Counted from the first letter of the whole stretch, positions 13,279 through 24,679 are shown. The stretch is DNA of 59,732 nt, filler included, from Sphacelaria rigidula (GCA_964200075.2; 5 parts of 5 records of this genome joined end to end with filler, not necessarily neighbours in it); one strand, 5' to 3'. Program-made: numbers and translations. Notes: generated from the sequence alone by a model not told the origin.

Positions 13279-13692
13279 CATTTTGAGGATGGAACTTTTC
13301 ATTGAGGATGAAAACTCAAAGAAATAAAATCTTCGCATCCACACCAATTCTTCGAGATACGGTTACATTCCTTCATCTGCTGGTAACTATCGACAACTAC
13401 TACACGCTGTACAATTTGGAATTCCGATGACAAAAATTTGGGGGTCCTAGGTGAAAAAGAAAATGTTGGATATTTACGTGAACCGGCCGAATCACGTAAA
13501 TATCCAACATTTTCTTATTCACCTAGGACCCCCAAACTTTTGTCATCGGAATTCCAAATTGTACAGCGTGTAGTAGTTGTCGATAGCTACCAGAAGATGA
13601 AGCAATGGAACCATTTATCGAAGAATTGGTGTGGATGCGAAGATTTTCTTTCTGAGCTTTCATCCTCAATGAAAAGCTCCATCCTCAAAATG
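13279..13692. mobile_element. Foldback MITE family B-related near-perfect palindrome
   Basis: Arms of ~205 bp (cattttgaggatgg ... ccatcctcaaaatg) with a tiny loop near 13483-13492. Homologous to 12041-12495. Confidence 0.9.
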
Positions 13693-14004
13693 AATGATCG
13701 GCTGTTAGAAGGGGAAATAGTACACGCTGTTAAGGTATGACACTGTCTCATGAACTATGAAGACGACTCGGAAGCCGGCCGTTGGCGGTGTTACGTGAAA
13801 AAAACATGTGTTGAGGACATGGTACAAGAGCGTGCATGTTGCAACTGCGTGCTAGTACAGTACTGCACTATACGCCCTCGACGACACTGCACTCAACTCC
13901 GTTGAAATGCATTCGTTAGGAGGAGCATTTCACACATCGGACGAGCCCGAGTGTGACTCGTGGCACTCGCACTCGTTGGGCTGCTCGTTGGCCTTAAAAA
14001 CTTG

Positions 14005-14815
14005 ATAAGGCGAGCACTCGAGTCATTGCTCGTTGTGGAAAAAAAATACTAGGGCGAGCACTCGAGTCATGCTCTTTGTGGAAAAACCTTGATAGGGCGA
14101 GCACTCCAGTCATTGCTCGTTATGGAAACAAACTAATAGGGCGAGCACTCAAGTCATTGCTCGTTGTGGAAACAAACTAATAGGGCGAGCACTTGAGTCA
14201 TTGCCCGTTGTGGGAAAATTGACTCCTTTGGGACCGGGCCACCAGAACAACCAATGAGACTCGTTAGGAATGACGTGTCTGGCGTCTGCACGAAACAGTG
14301 GCATGTTGCTGAGCATCCGCGTACGTAACCGTAGGGTTATGAGGAAGACCGAAAGTTTTATCAAATCTATTTTCAGGTGCAGGGTGCGCATCAGGTGATA
14401 TACATCTGATGTAGCAAGCAGTACGTGTCGCCGTCAAGAGCTTTCAACAGGATTTCGCCTCGCCGTGATTGGGCAGGTCGCTCCCTGACTTATATTTTAT
14501 TGTTCCACCAACACATGGTCAACCCCGTGTTAGTGGGGCGTCGGTCCTAAACGGGTTAATGGGGCGAGCACTGGAGTCATTGCTCGTTGTGGAAAAAAAT
14601 CAAGAGGGCGAGCACTCGTGTCATTGCTCGTTGTGGAAAAAAATCAATAGGGCGAGCACTGGAGTCATTGCTCGTTGTGGAAAATGATCAATAGGGCGAG
14701 TACTCGAGTCATTGCTCGTTGTGGAAAAAAATTAATAGAGCGAGCACTCGAGTCATTGCTCGTCGTGAAAAATAGTAATGACTCGAGCACACGAGTCATG
14801 CTCGTTGTACTTTCA
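14005..14815. repeat. ~44-bp tandem array (5 units, insertion, 5-6 units)
   Basis: Unit tagggcgagcactcgagtcattgctcgttgtggaaaaaa(n), starting near 14007, 14051, 14094, 14138, 14182, 14561, 14605, 14649, 14693, 14737, with a degenerate unit at 14783. Confidence 0.95.
14223..14555. mobile_element. piggyBac-like non-autonomous element nested in the 44-bp array
   Basis: Flanked by TTGA (14219-14222) and TTAA (14556-14559). Ends ctcctttgggacc / ggtcctaaacggg. A second copy of the right ~110 bp at 24680-24786 also ends GGG-TTAA. Confidence 0.7.
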
Positions 14816-14975
14816 AAAAACATCCACGAGTGCACTCATCTCGACGAGTAATGACTCGTCCGACGTGTGGAGCATTTACGGGGACTGCAATGTCGTATGG
14901 TTACCCATGTCCCTTGAGAAAATATCTTGCTTCGAGTGCGCTGAAAACAGCCGATCATCGAAATTTGGAACGGAG

Positions 14976-15090
14976 CTTTTCGTTGAGGAAAAGAACCCGG
15001 AGAAATCAAATCTTCGTAGCCACACCAAATCTTCGAAATATGGTTTCATTCCTTCACCGATTGGTAGCAATTGACAACTACTGCGTGTCA
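14976..15090. mobile_element. Fragment of foldback family B
   Basis: aaatcttcgtagccacaccaaatcttcgaaatatggtttcattccttcacc matches 12110-12160 and 13325-13380. Confidence 0.7.
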
Positions 15091-15091
15091 T

Positions 15092-16730
15092 TCGGTCTCC
15101 GTCATCGGTCTGAAATTACGGGAAGGACAGGTGGCGAAGTTGAAGAAAAATCGACGGGAGTGGATCATCTTCGGAGATGCGGATCCCAACGCTCCCCAAA
15201 GCAGTCAAAGTACGGGACTTGTATCGGGGGAGAGATGGAGCCATTCCGCGCTACGAGAGGAGGAGATGGCGTACCGTTTTGTTTCTTGCCTTCGTCATTC
15301 GACCATTTGGGCCAGGTGCGCCTTGTATCATGAAGAGTAACGTGGGAAGATACGCGCTGCTGCTGCTGGAACTGTGCGGATGAAAAATCAAACGGTTGGC
15401 GCTGCATGTACCCCCTCTGAAAGTTGGACTCACGACGTCTGAGACTAGCATAGCGTTACAACTGGGGATACGGAGAAAATTGTGGTGCGTTGGCCCAGGG
15501 CTGATACGCTCGTGAACAACGCCGCAACACTGCTGTGTGCAATGGCGCTGGAAGCGGTCATTGTGAAGAGGAATGATCCTCGAGCCTAGGCAATGAACAT
15601 ATTGTGACAAACAGTTGCCGAGAAATACAAGAATTGCAATCAACATCGCAAAAAATCGCCGTACGTCTCGAAACAGGCATGCTGTTCGTCTTCGACAAAC
15701 ACGACAAACGTTATTGAATTAACGCTCGCCTCTGGCGTAGATAGCCAGGTGGTGACCACAATGTGCTGAGTGTGCTCCATGCTTCCAACACTGTAACTCA
15801 ATCGAGCTCTTGCGCACACGTCCGCTCTGGTTCGCCTCTGCTGTATCATGTATCAGACTGCAGCAAGAAAGCCAGTCAGTATTCGGGGGGGTGAAAAATT
15901 CTGGGTTACGGTTGTGCTGGTCCACGTCTATTCCTACCTCTTCGTTTGTGTCCTCCTCCTTGTTTTTATCGTTTTTCCTTTAGCGAGGGATTATGTTCGC
16001 TTACCTTGGGCAATGACATATATCTTGAGGCTGTGACGGTTTAAGAGACAACCAACTAGACCACTGACCAGTCAGCGCAGACTGGTCAGTAGTCTAGTTG
16101 GTTGTCTCTTAACCAGTCACGAAAGTTAGCCGCTGGTTCGATTCCCCTCGGACGCACTTTCTTTGAAGAAAAAAGAGGAGAGAAAACCTCCGTAATAATT
16201 GACCCAAAAGAAAAAGGGTGGGGTATAACCTGGTGGCTGTGTTCGGAGTGTACTGCTAAGGACCCCAGTGCACACACTCTTGAGGGAGTGGGGAAGAAGA
16301 GTAACTCTAGGGTACGATGAGAAGAGACAACATTAGATGTCCTGATGACAGTCGATAGAGCGCTGGCAAGGGGAGTCGCCCTCCTCGGATTGACAGTGAC
16401 GGGGATCGGACGCCCACGAACAACTTTGCTGACGGCACCCCGAAATGCCGGCGAACCAGCTCATGGCACATGGTGATCAATTAATGACAGACGGTGAACT
16501 GATCAATGAACCAATCGATCTTGATCGTAAGTCTCGAGCGGAGTCGAACACGCTCGCCCTCCACCCCGTGAGAAGAATCCATCCCAGTCAGCTCAGGTGC
16601 AAACTCAACGGTCTTATGACTGTGGCGTGCAGAATCATGCGTATTCCCTCCCCTGAACAGGAAGGAAACAGGGTAGGCACGAGAGCAGGAGTGAAATAAA
16701 CCAAGGCTCAGATCACCCCCCCCTTCCCCC
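15092..16730. repeat. Dispersed repeat, copy 1 (homologous to 22000-23600)
   Basis: Collinear blocks 15092-15430 with 22000-22350, 15430-16030 with 22701-23300, and 16445-16730 with 23310-23600. Confidence 0.85.
16081..16165 (+). mobile_element. tRNA-derived SINE head
   Basis: A-box TAGTCTAGTTGG and B-box GGTTCGATTCC. The 16030-16445 segment is absent from the 23300 paralogue, consistent with an insertion. Confidence 0.55.
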
Positions 16731-16780
16731 TCCCCTGCGTTCTCCCCGGCCGTTTTTCGAAAATATTTTAGGGAGGTCCA

Positions 16781-17599
16781 TCTCGCCAACATTGATACAT
16801 TTCGCCTTGTTAGTAGTACCGTTGTTGAGTGAGATGGTCGTGTTTGATAAAAACGAACGCACCCCGTTGTGCCCTTAAGGAACCTGTAATGCGTGAGAGG
16901 ATCGAGTGCTTGGGGGACCGCATCGCAGTTTGAACACCTCTATGGTTAGGGTTAGGGTTAGGGTTAAGAATAGGGCTAAGGTTAGGGTAGGGTTTAGGGT
17001 TACTGTTGGGGTTTGGGTCAGGGACGTGGTCCCTGCAGGGACTGGCCTGATTGATTTCGAAAAACGTAGATCCTAGGGTGTTTTGGACTACGGTGCGGTC
17101 CTCTAAGCAGGCGGTCCCCTCACGCATTACAGAACCTTCCCGCAATACGGTTCCTGCCACACTCTTCCTTGCTGTCGAGAGTGCTATCGGTGTAGCGCCC
17201 GCGTTCCTTCCAGCGGACGATGATACCGACTCGCTGAGGTTCGATTTCTCGTCGGTGTCAGCGACCGTGGTTGAAGGTGGGGGCTGCATACTCAGCGCAT
17301 AAACAGGCACCATCATTATGTGCACTTTAATGCACCAAGGGTGCAGTTGCCCCTTCGACCACGGCCGCTGACACTGACGACAAATCGAACCTCAGCGAGT
17401 CGGTATCATCATCCGCTGGAAGGAACGCGGGCGCTACACCGATAGCACTCTCGACAGCAAGGAAGAGTGTGGCAGGAACCGTATTGCGGGAAGGTTGCTT
17501 GAGGGTGCAACGGGGTTCCTTCGTCTTGATCAAAACACGGCCATCTCGTTAAACAGCGGTACTATACTGACAACGAGATATTTGTCGATATTGGCGAGA
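16781..17599. repeat. Long foldback, interrupted in its left arm by an insertion
   Basis: 17133-17283 is almost identical to the reverse complement of 17347-17495. Outer arms 16781-16883 and 17496-17599 are more diverged. Confidence 0.9.
16884..17132. mobile_element. 249-bp TIR element with 3-bp TSD carrying degenerate (TTAGGG)n
   Basis: TIR of ~60 bp starting CTGTAATGCGTGAG. TSD AAC at 16881-16883 and 17133-17135. The opposite foldback arm shows the empty site. Telomere-like repeats at 16944-17023. Confidence 0.85.
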
Positions 17600-19052
17600 A
17601 AAGCCACAGTCGTCCGGGGTCCGCTAACAGCTACGTCATTAGTCGAGTTCTTGATGTTTTATTGCTTCGCGTGGAACAAAATATTCGAAGAGATCGTATC
17701 ACACACTGAGGAATATTTATCCCAGGTTCCCACTTGATTAGCCTGAGCGATGAAGCATTCAGTCAACGAACCCTGAACGACGGTTGATCCTTGCACTGGT
17801 GGAAAAAATATCCCGTGCGAAGATTTTCAATCGGATAGCACGCAGCCAAGTTACAGCATTCTGTCGAAAAAGCTTACGGTGGGCAAGTAAGGAAAACGGG
17901 AGCCATATCGCTAATTGAGCATTTAGTAAGAGACTATCCTAACATCGCCGGATGTCATCGGATCAGAAAATAGACCCCGCATATTATTTCCACGAAGGGC
18001 AACTTCGACTGTCGATCATGGTGCATTGGTGGTATACTATAGTCCATCCTGCAGGACATCTGCAGAAACTAGAGACTGGTACTCGGCCTTGACGGCAAGT
18101 CACAGCCTGATTGCTTCCCATACACTGTAAACTGATCCACCACGAAATGAAGTGGCGATACCAAGGTGAACGTGCCAGAATGGTTACAAAACCGAGCGTT
18201 ATGCTAAAGCTGGAGTCAATTGAACGACAACAAAAGGGGTGAGGTAGAAATAGCGTAAACGAGACCAATGGACTCTCGAGATGAGACCCTAGTGTGCACC
18301 TCTCGGGATAAGGGATTACGACGGAGAGTAGAAGACCTACGTACTGGGTATAGGACCAACCGAACATTCGCCGAAGACGATAGGGACGGTACCCTCTTCT
18401 GTACTCTCTTGGTATATTCACCATGAAGAAAGTGGTGGGCATTGTGGAGACTCACACGGATCAGTGTGCCTCATTTATAGCCCCGAAACCAGGTACCGAG
18501 CACGAAGGACGCGCAGTAATTGCATAAAATGTCTAGTGTACTTCTGCAACGACACCACACGCTTCCCTGTTCCTTAGAACAGCTCGACACACGAGTACGC
18601 ACACTGATCAAACTTGACCGTCTACATCCAGATGTTTCTACTGTGACGTATCTAATTGAACAGGCCATGAAACATATTGTGGACATCGTGGCGGGCCACA
18701 CGGATCAGTTTCACCTCATTGACAGTTCTGATTTCCTTGAGATAAGGTACTACCCGCCGGTAAGGACACGCAATCATTGCAGAAGTTATGTGATTAACTT
18801 CTGCAACGACATCACACGGTGTTTCGTCGGTTAGAATAGCTCTACACATGAGTAAGCACACCAGGCAAGCTTTTTCGTCGCCATTAAAATGTTTCTAGAG
18901 AGATGCCAGGGCAGGGATGTACTTCTCATACCTATCATTTTCTGGGGCTGCACACGAAGGCCCAGATATTTGCCATCGAGCGGCTCCGACAACAAAGAGC
19001 CTCCGAAAACAAATGGGCACACCCCTACCGTGGCATTTCTCTCTTTTGATGT

Positions 19053-19850
19053 ATGTAATTGACTATGTCACTCCTGTAATACACATGTACAACGCTATTC
19101 GAAACCGCTTTGCCAAGATCAGACGGGCCCAGACAGAACAAGATTTCATTGGACTTATCCACATCCTACATTGCCCCCCACCGCCGGTACTCTTCCACTG
19201 TACAAAACATCAGGTATATCCCACACAACCGACAGCCTACAATCGTCGGCAGAAAGAATAGCGGCGGCCCATCGTTTCCACCACGGCGTGACAACACCCA
19301 CCAACCCCGCCGGGAAGGCTGGTACCACGTACCCGGCCACGGCCCACGGCACCGCAACCGTCGGTGGCACCATTGCAATCAGCACTGCTACGTACACGGC
19401 CAGAGCGATCACCCGCAAGACGATCACCACTATCACCACGGCCATGGTAGCTTTGATGATGTTGGTGATCGTCTTGGGGGTGGGCATTCTGGCGATATTC
19501 GTGGAAGTGTTGGTTGCGATGGTACCACCGACGGTGGCAAAGCCGCGGGCCGTTGTCGAGTACGTGGTACCAGCGCTGCCAAAGGGATTATTGGGGGTCG
19601 CCATTCCGTGGTGGAAACAGTAGGCCGCCGCCATCATGTCTGATGACGATTGAAAGCGGTCGGTCGTGTGGGATGTGCTTGGTGTTTTGTACCGTAACAT
19701 AGAGTAGCGGCGATGGGCGGGAATGTAGGATGTGGAAAGTCCATGAATGCAAATGATAGCTTCTTCTGTCTGGTCCCCCCTGATCTTGGCATAGCGTTTT
19801 CGAATATCATCGTATCTCTTCAACACGGAAGTGGTCTATTCGATTACATC
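19053..19850. repeat. ~800-bp imperfect foldback centred on CCATGG (19442-19447)
   Basis: For example gccaagatcag...cagacagaa pairs with ttctgtctg...ctgatcttggc, and tccacatcctacatt pairs with aatgtaggatgtgga. Confidence 0.9.
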
Positions 19851-21999
19851 GAAGTGAAAGCATGTACCTGCAGACTGACACGCTTGACTGGTGGACGTAC
19901 TCATGTCTAGACGTGTTCTAACCGACAAAAAACGTGTGATGCCATTCCCTTTCTTTCTTTTTGTCTGTTTGTCCTTGCCGCACTTAGAACCCGCCCTCTC
20001 CTCGGGACGAGTCTTTGGTCTCAAGGGATGGAGACATCTCTGCCCGGTACACGCGTTGCAGAAGTCTATTACTACATGTCATCTGTAATTACCGCGTGTT
20101 CATCATGGTGGAAACCTGGACATTCTCCCCAGCAGCAATCTGCTTATTCTGGGAAATAAATTGCCGCCATTTCTTCTTCACCATGTTCAAGAGCCGCTGC
20201 TCCCTGTCTTCACAATCGCAACGGGCACTATATTCACCGCCGTCCGCCGCTTGACCCCCGCCCTGGTTTCCGCTCAGTCGCGCGCTTACAGGTGTGAAAG
20301 TCACCGAGCGACAAACCGCAGCTGTAATGGTGCTTGTAAGTAGCCTGCTACCAGCGTTGGTGTCAGTGACGAACCTCACTACCATGGCCAGTGATGCACA
20401 CTGACGCACACTTCAGCACATAAATATACCCTGTAGTTGGTGGACCCCCCCCCCCCTTCACCGCCCTAACCCCCCACCCCGACTTCCAGACGAGCACAAG
20501 CGGCCTTAAGCCATTCATGCTCACTACGCCCTCCTTTTTGCTGGTCGCACAAGGCCATGTGCTTCCTTCTGATCACGACCGGAAAACTTTCGCCCTGCGA
20601 TGCAGTCGAATACTACAATAGATGGGTCAACTTGAGAAGGCCATCAAAAATAGTAATGCACCGTCGCAAACACCGGCCACTCTGACCACCAACCAAGGGC
20701 AGCGTACTGTAGTTCGCGCATGAACCAACCAACGAACCGCTGTTGCCGCCGTTGTTGCATGAAGGTCCAGAAAGCATGTTCTTCGCGTTTGAACTGCTGT
20801 TCCTGTTTCGGTGGAACGACGCTCATCTTGTATCACCACTGAATTGCTGGTTGATCCAACGGAGTTACGTAATCCTTGACCGCCAAAGGGCGTCAACTGC
20901 TGAATAGGCATCAATCACCTTCACATTGGAAATGACTGCATCGAGGTCAAAGGCTTAATCCAAGGGCGTGTTTCCCACCACGGTGTCATGCCACGGTATC
21001 GTTGCGCGAAGGATGTCGCAGGTTTGAATGCTTAGGAGTCATTCATTTCACGAAGAGCAAAGAACGATTCATGAAATATTATGTGAGAGCACGCCACGGT
21101 TAGAATATCAATAGACCTATGGTAGGAATACCTCGAATGAACTTTCGAGCGGGAACGTTCTGACCTATACCGTTCACAAGCTCCTAACTTCAGGAGCTCC
21201 TCAATGAGAAACATCTGGGCCGAGATGTGTTGTCCTACCATGGAATGACGGTAAATCCGCTCATTCACGACTGAACAATACGCACGAAGAGAAACAACGT
21301 AGCGTCTTCTTCTGAGGGTCATTTTATCGGTCAGCCGTCCCAGTATCGGGAGGAAACACACGGAATTCTCGTCAACGATCCTATCGCTCGGGCTGAAAGC
21401 GGCCGGGGTCCTCCCCGACTGTGTTCATGTTCCGCGTAAGCAAGATAATACAGATATGTATGTTTATGTACATTGTGTGCAGTCTACGTCTGTGACCACG
21501 GGTTGGAGAGGTCGGACTAATGTGCGGAAATAGTATTAATAACGGTGCAGCAGTACCAGCATTTGTTCCTGTTGGAAACAGTAGTAACGACAACCACCCG
21601 AGTCTATCCTCAATATCCTGGAAGCGATACAATTACTGTCTCCTGCACACCGGGGCATGCAAACATCGTCAGGCAAAAACGGAAAGATTGCTTGGTGTAG
21701 ATATTGACAAGAAGTATACTGTGGCTCATTCGGTAAACTTGAATCCTTCCAACGGTTGGGACGCGGGGTTGACTTAAGATGAGGTCACACGTTTTCGCAT
21801 TTTTTCTCACATCATACCCAACAGTGGAGAGCGACTATGCCGTGAACACACTAATTTCGACTTCACGGTCAACTACGGAAAGGGATTGCTGAGCCCTCCT
21901 CGCGAAAAGAGTAAGGCTGTCACCGCAAAACGTATTTCATTGCCGAGTAGTCAAGCGTTCATGCCCTAACCCGCACATCCTCGGAGAATTTCGTGCCCT

Positions 22000-23600
22000 T
22001 CGGTTTCCGTTATCGGTCTGAAGGTACGGGAAGGGCAGGAGGCATACATGAAAAATACATGGACGGACGTCGACCATCTATAGAGATGCGGATCCCAATG
22101 CTCGATAACAGTCGAAGTACGAGGCTTGTACCGCGAGAGAGATGGAGCCATCCCGCGCTACGAGAGGAGGACGGGACGTACTAATTTGTTGCTGACCTTT
22201 GTCAGTTGACCATTTGGGCTATGTATGCCTTATTTCATGAACAGCAATATGGGAAGATACTCGTTGCTGCTGCTGCTGCTGCTGCTGGCACCATACGGCT
22301 GAAAAATCGAAAGGGTGACCCTGCACGTACCCCATTCAAAAGTTGGACACACGCCCCGGTGGCTCAGTGGGTGCCCTCGAAACCTTCTGACGGTTAGGTC
22401 GTGTGTTCAAATCTCGGAGCGATCTGGGATTGTTTCTCACACAATGCCCAACAGTGGAGAGCGACTATGACGTACACCAAATTCGACTTGACGGTCGACG
22501 AGGGAAAGGAATTGCTGAACCCCTCTCGCGATAAAAGAAAAGGCAAGCAGCGCAGAAGGAAGGTGAGGTACTAAAAATAAATAAAAAAGAAAATGCTCCT
22601 GTGTTGACCTTCCTCCTGTGTGACCCCGGCAGGTGCGCCCACATATACCGCAAGGTGTAGATCGGCGCCCAGAATAGATGGGACGATAACACAACACACA
22701 CTCACAACGTCCGAGACAAGCATAGCGTCACAGCCGGGAATACGGAGCAAATTGTATGCGTTGGCACAGCGTTGATATGCTCGTGAACAACGCAACACTG
22801 TTGTGTGCAATGAGCAATCAAAAGGGGAATTGTGAATAGGGATGATCCTCGAGACTTGGATGCTAGGCAGTGGAAACTGACAAACAATTCCTAAGCAATC
22901 CAATATCGCAAACAAATGTCGTACTTCTCGAAACAGACATACTGTTCGTCTTTGACAGACACGACAAACGTTCTTGAGTTAACCCGTCACGTCCGGCGTA
23001 GATAGCCAGGTGGTGACTACCATATGCTGAGTACGCCCATTGCTTCAAACACTGCGACTCAATCGACCTCTTGCGCACGCGCCCACTCTGTCTTGCCTGT
23101 ACTACTACTGTATCATGTATCAGACCGTTGCCAAAAAAAGCAGCCGCTATACAGAGGGGTGCATAATTCTGGGTTACGGTTGTGCTGGCCCATTTCTATT
23201 CTTTCTATTTCGTTTGTTTTATCGTCCTCGTACTCCGCGGTCTTTTTTTTAGAGAGTGATTCCGTCTAGTCAGCTCGGGCAATGACACCTATCTTGAGAC
23301 CAGGCCTGGATTCCCAGCGAGTCACCCAATATCACATCGTGATCAGGTGTTTACAGACGGTAAACTCGTCAAAATAGCCGATCGATGTCAATCCTGAGCC
23401 GTTTGCGGAGTGAAACACGCTCGGCCCCCCACCGTGATTAGGATCTATCCGACCGTGTGGAAATGTGTAGAAAATGATGGTAATATTTCGGCACGCAAAA
23501 TTGTGACAATTCCCCCGCGTGAACAGACGGAATAAGGGGTAAGCATTCAAGTAGTGGTGATACAAACCACGGATCGAGTCACAGCCTCCCTCCCCCCCCC
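22000..23600. repeat. Dispersed repeat, copy 2 (homologous to 15092-16730)
   Basis: See copy 1. This copy carries a SINE insertion at 22353-22700. Confidence 0.85.
22353..22700 (+). mobile_element. tRNA-derived SINE with (AC)n tail
   Basis: Head GCCCCGGTGGCTCAGTGG (A-box) ... GTTCAAATC (B-box). Body homologous to 36531-36794 and 21810-21910. The paralogue shows the empty site ggac|tcac at 15426-15433. Confidence 0.8.
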
Positions 23601-24679
23601 CTCCTCCCCGCCTGGTCCGGCGAGAACCCGGCGTGCTCCGTCCCGGCTTTGTAGGGGCGAACCCCGATGGGGTTGGCGTCGGTTGGCGATGGCGCCACAA
23701 AACACGCCACGCACTGCGTAAGCTAGGCAACCAGATTGCTGCTTTTTGATTGCGCGCTTGCGTTCCTTTTTGCGATAACCATGATGGTAGTCGAGCTAGA
23801 TCATGTTTTGCGGCGTGGGAGAACCTCAACTCCGCNNNNNNNNNNNNNNNNNNNNNNNNNNNNNNNNNNNNNNNNNNNNTTAATTAATTAANNNNNNNNN
23901 NNNNNNNNNNNNNNNNNNNNNNNNNNNNNNNNNNNATGTGTCGCGGTAGAGAGCTTCCAACAGGATGCGACGACCGGCGGGCCGCCCGCCACTTGTGGGT
24001 TTGGATGATACGTTTGTGCCCATCACCTTGCCACACACTTCTTTTGTGATCGGGGCGGGCCGTTATTGCCCCCTTTGTTGCATGCGGCAAATTGTCTTCG
24101 AAGGGTATCATCGTTGCGGCACGCACACATACAAGATAATAGTACAGTACATTGTAGTACGCCTCTCCGACTGAAGCAGCAGCTGCTGCTGCATACTCCC
24201 TTGCACGCTCTGGGCAATTCCCCGCTACCGNNNNNNNNNNGCTACCGAGATCAACTGCCTATATACCGGTTCTTCATCCCCGCCCACTACATACATGTTC
24301 ACTGCACCCTGCAAGTCATCGCCAGAGGGATACACAGAGCTCATGACAGTAGATCCTCTTGTCTTTCCACAGCCCACCTCGTCTAGGGCGTGGTGAAAAT
24401 GACCGCATGGTAGCATGTACACTCCTTCCCGGTTTTCCGGTCGACCCTGTATTAGTGTAATTACTACGTTTTAGTAGGAAATTGGGACCCAAAAAACCCA
24501 CAGGAAAACTCGGGAACGGTATACTGAGTGCAAGTCATATCATACAACCAAGCTCCAACCGCCCTGCACTTGGAAACCTGCAAAGGCTTATCTGGGCCAG
24601 GGATAGGGTCCCCACACGATCTTTACAGTGGCATGATACTCGCCAAGAACCCCAGCACTGGTCGTTCGGGTCTGGTCGA

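Larger units (their letters stand above)
13931..14869. mobile_element. Non-autonomous hAT-like DNA transposon containing a 44-bp tandem array
   Basis: 15-bp TIR CACACATCGGACGAG / CTCGTCCGACGTGTG (1 mismatch). Exact 8-bp TSD GAGCATTT at 13923-13930 and 14870-14877. Confidence 0.85.

Noticed and set aside
14005-14815. CRISPR array (palindromic repeats at regular spacing)
   Set aside because: Linkers are only ~8-12 nt of similar A-rich sequence rather than unique spacers. There are no cas genes, and the array lies inside a TIR/TSD-bounded eukaryotic transposon.
16944-17023. True chromosome telomere
   Set aside because: Short, degenerate, internal and enclosed by TIRs.
16081-22430. Functional tRNA genes at 16081 and 22353 (also 6865-6941 and ~47400-47450)
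   Set aside because: A/B boxes are present, but I cannot fold complete acceptor and anticodon stems, and they continue into repeat bodies.
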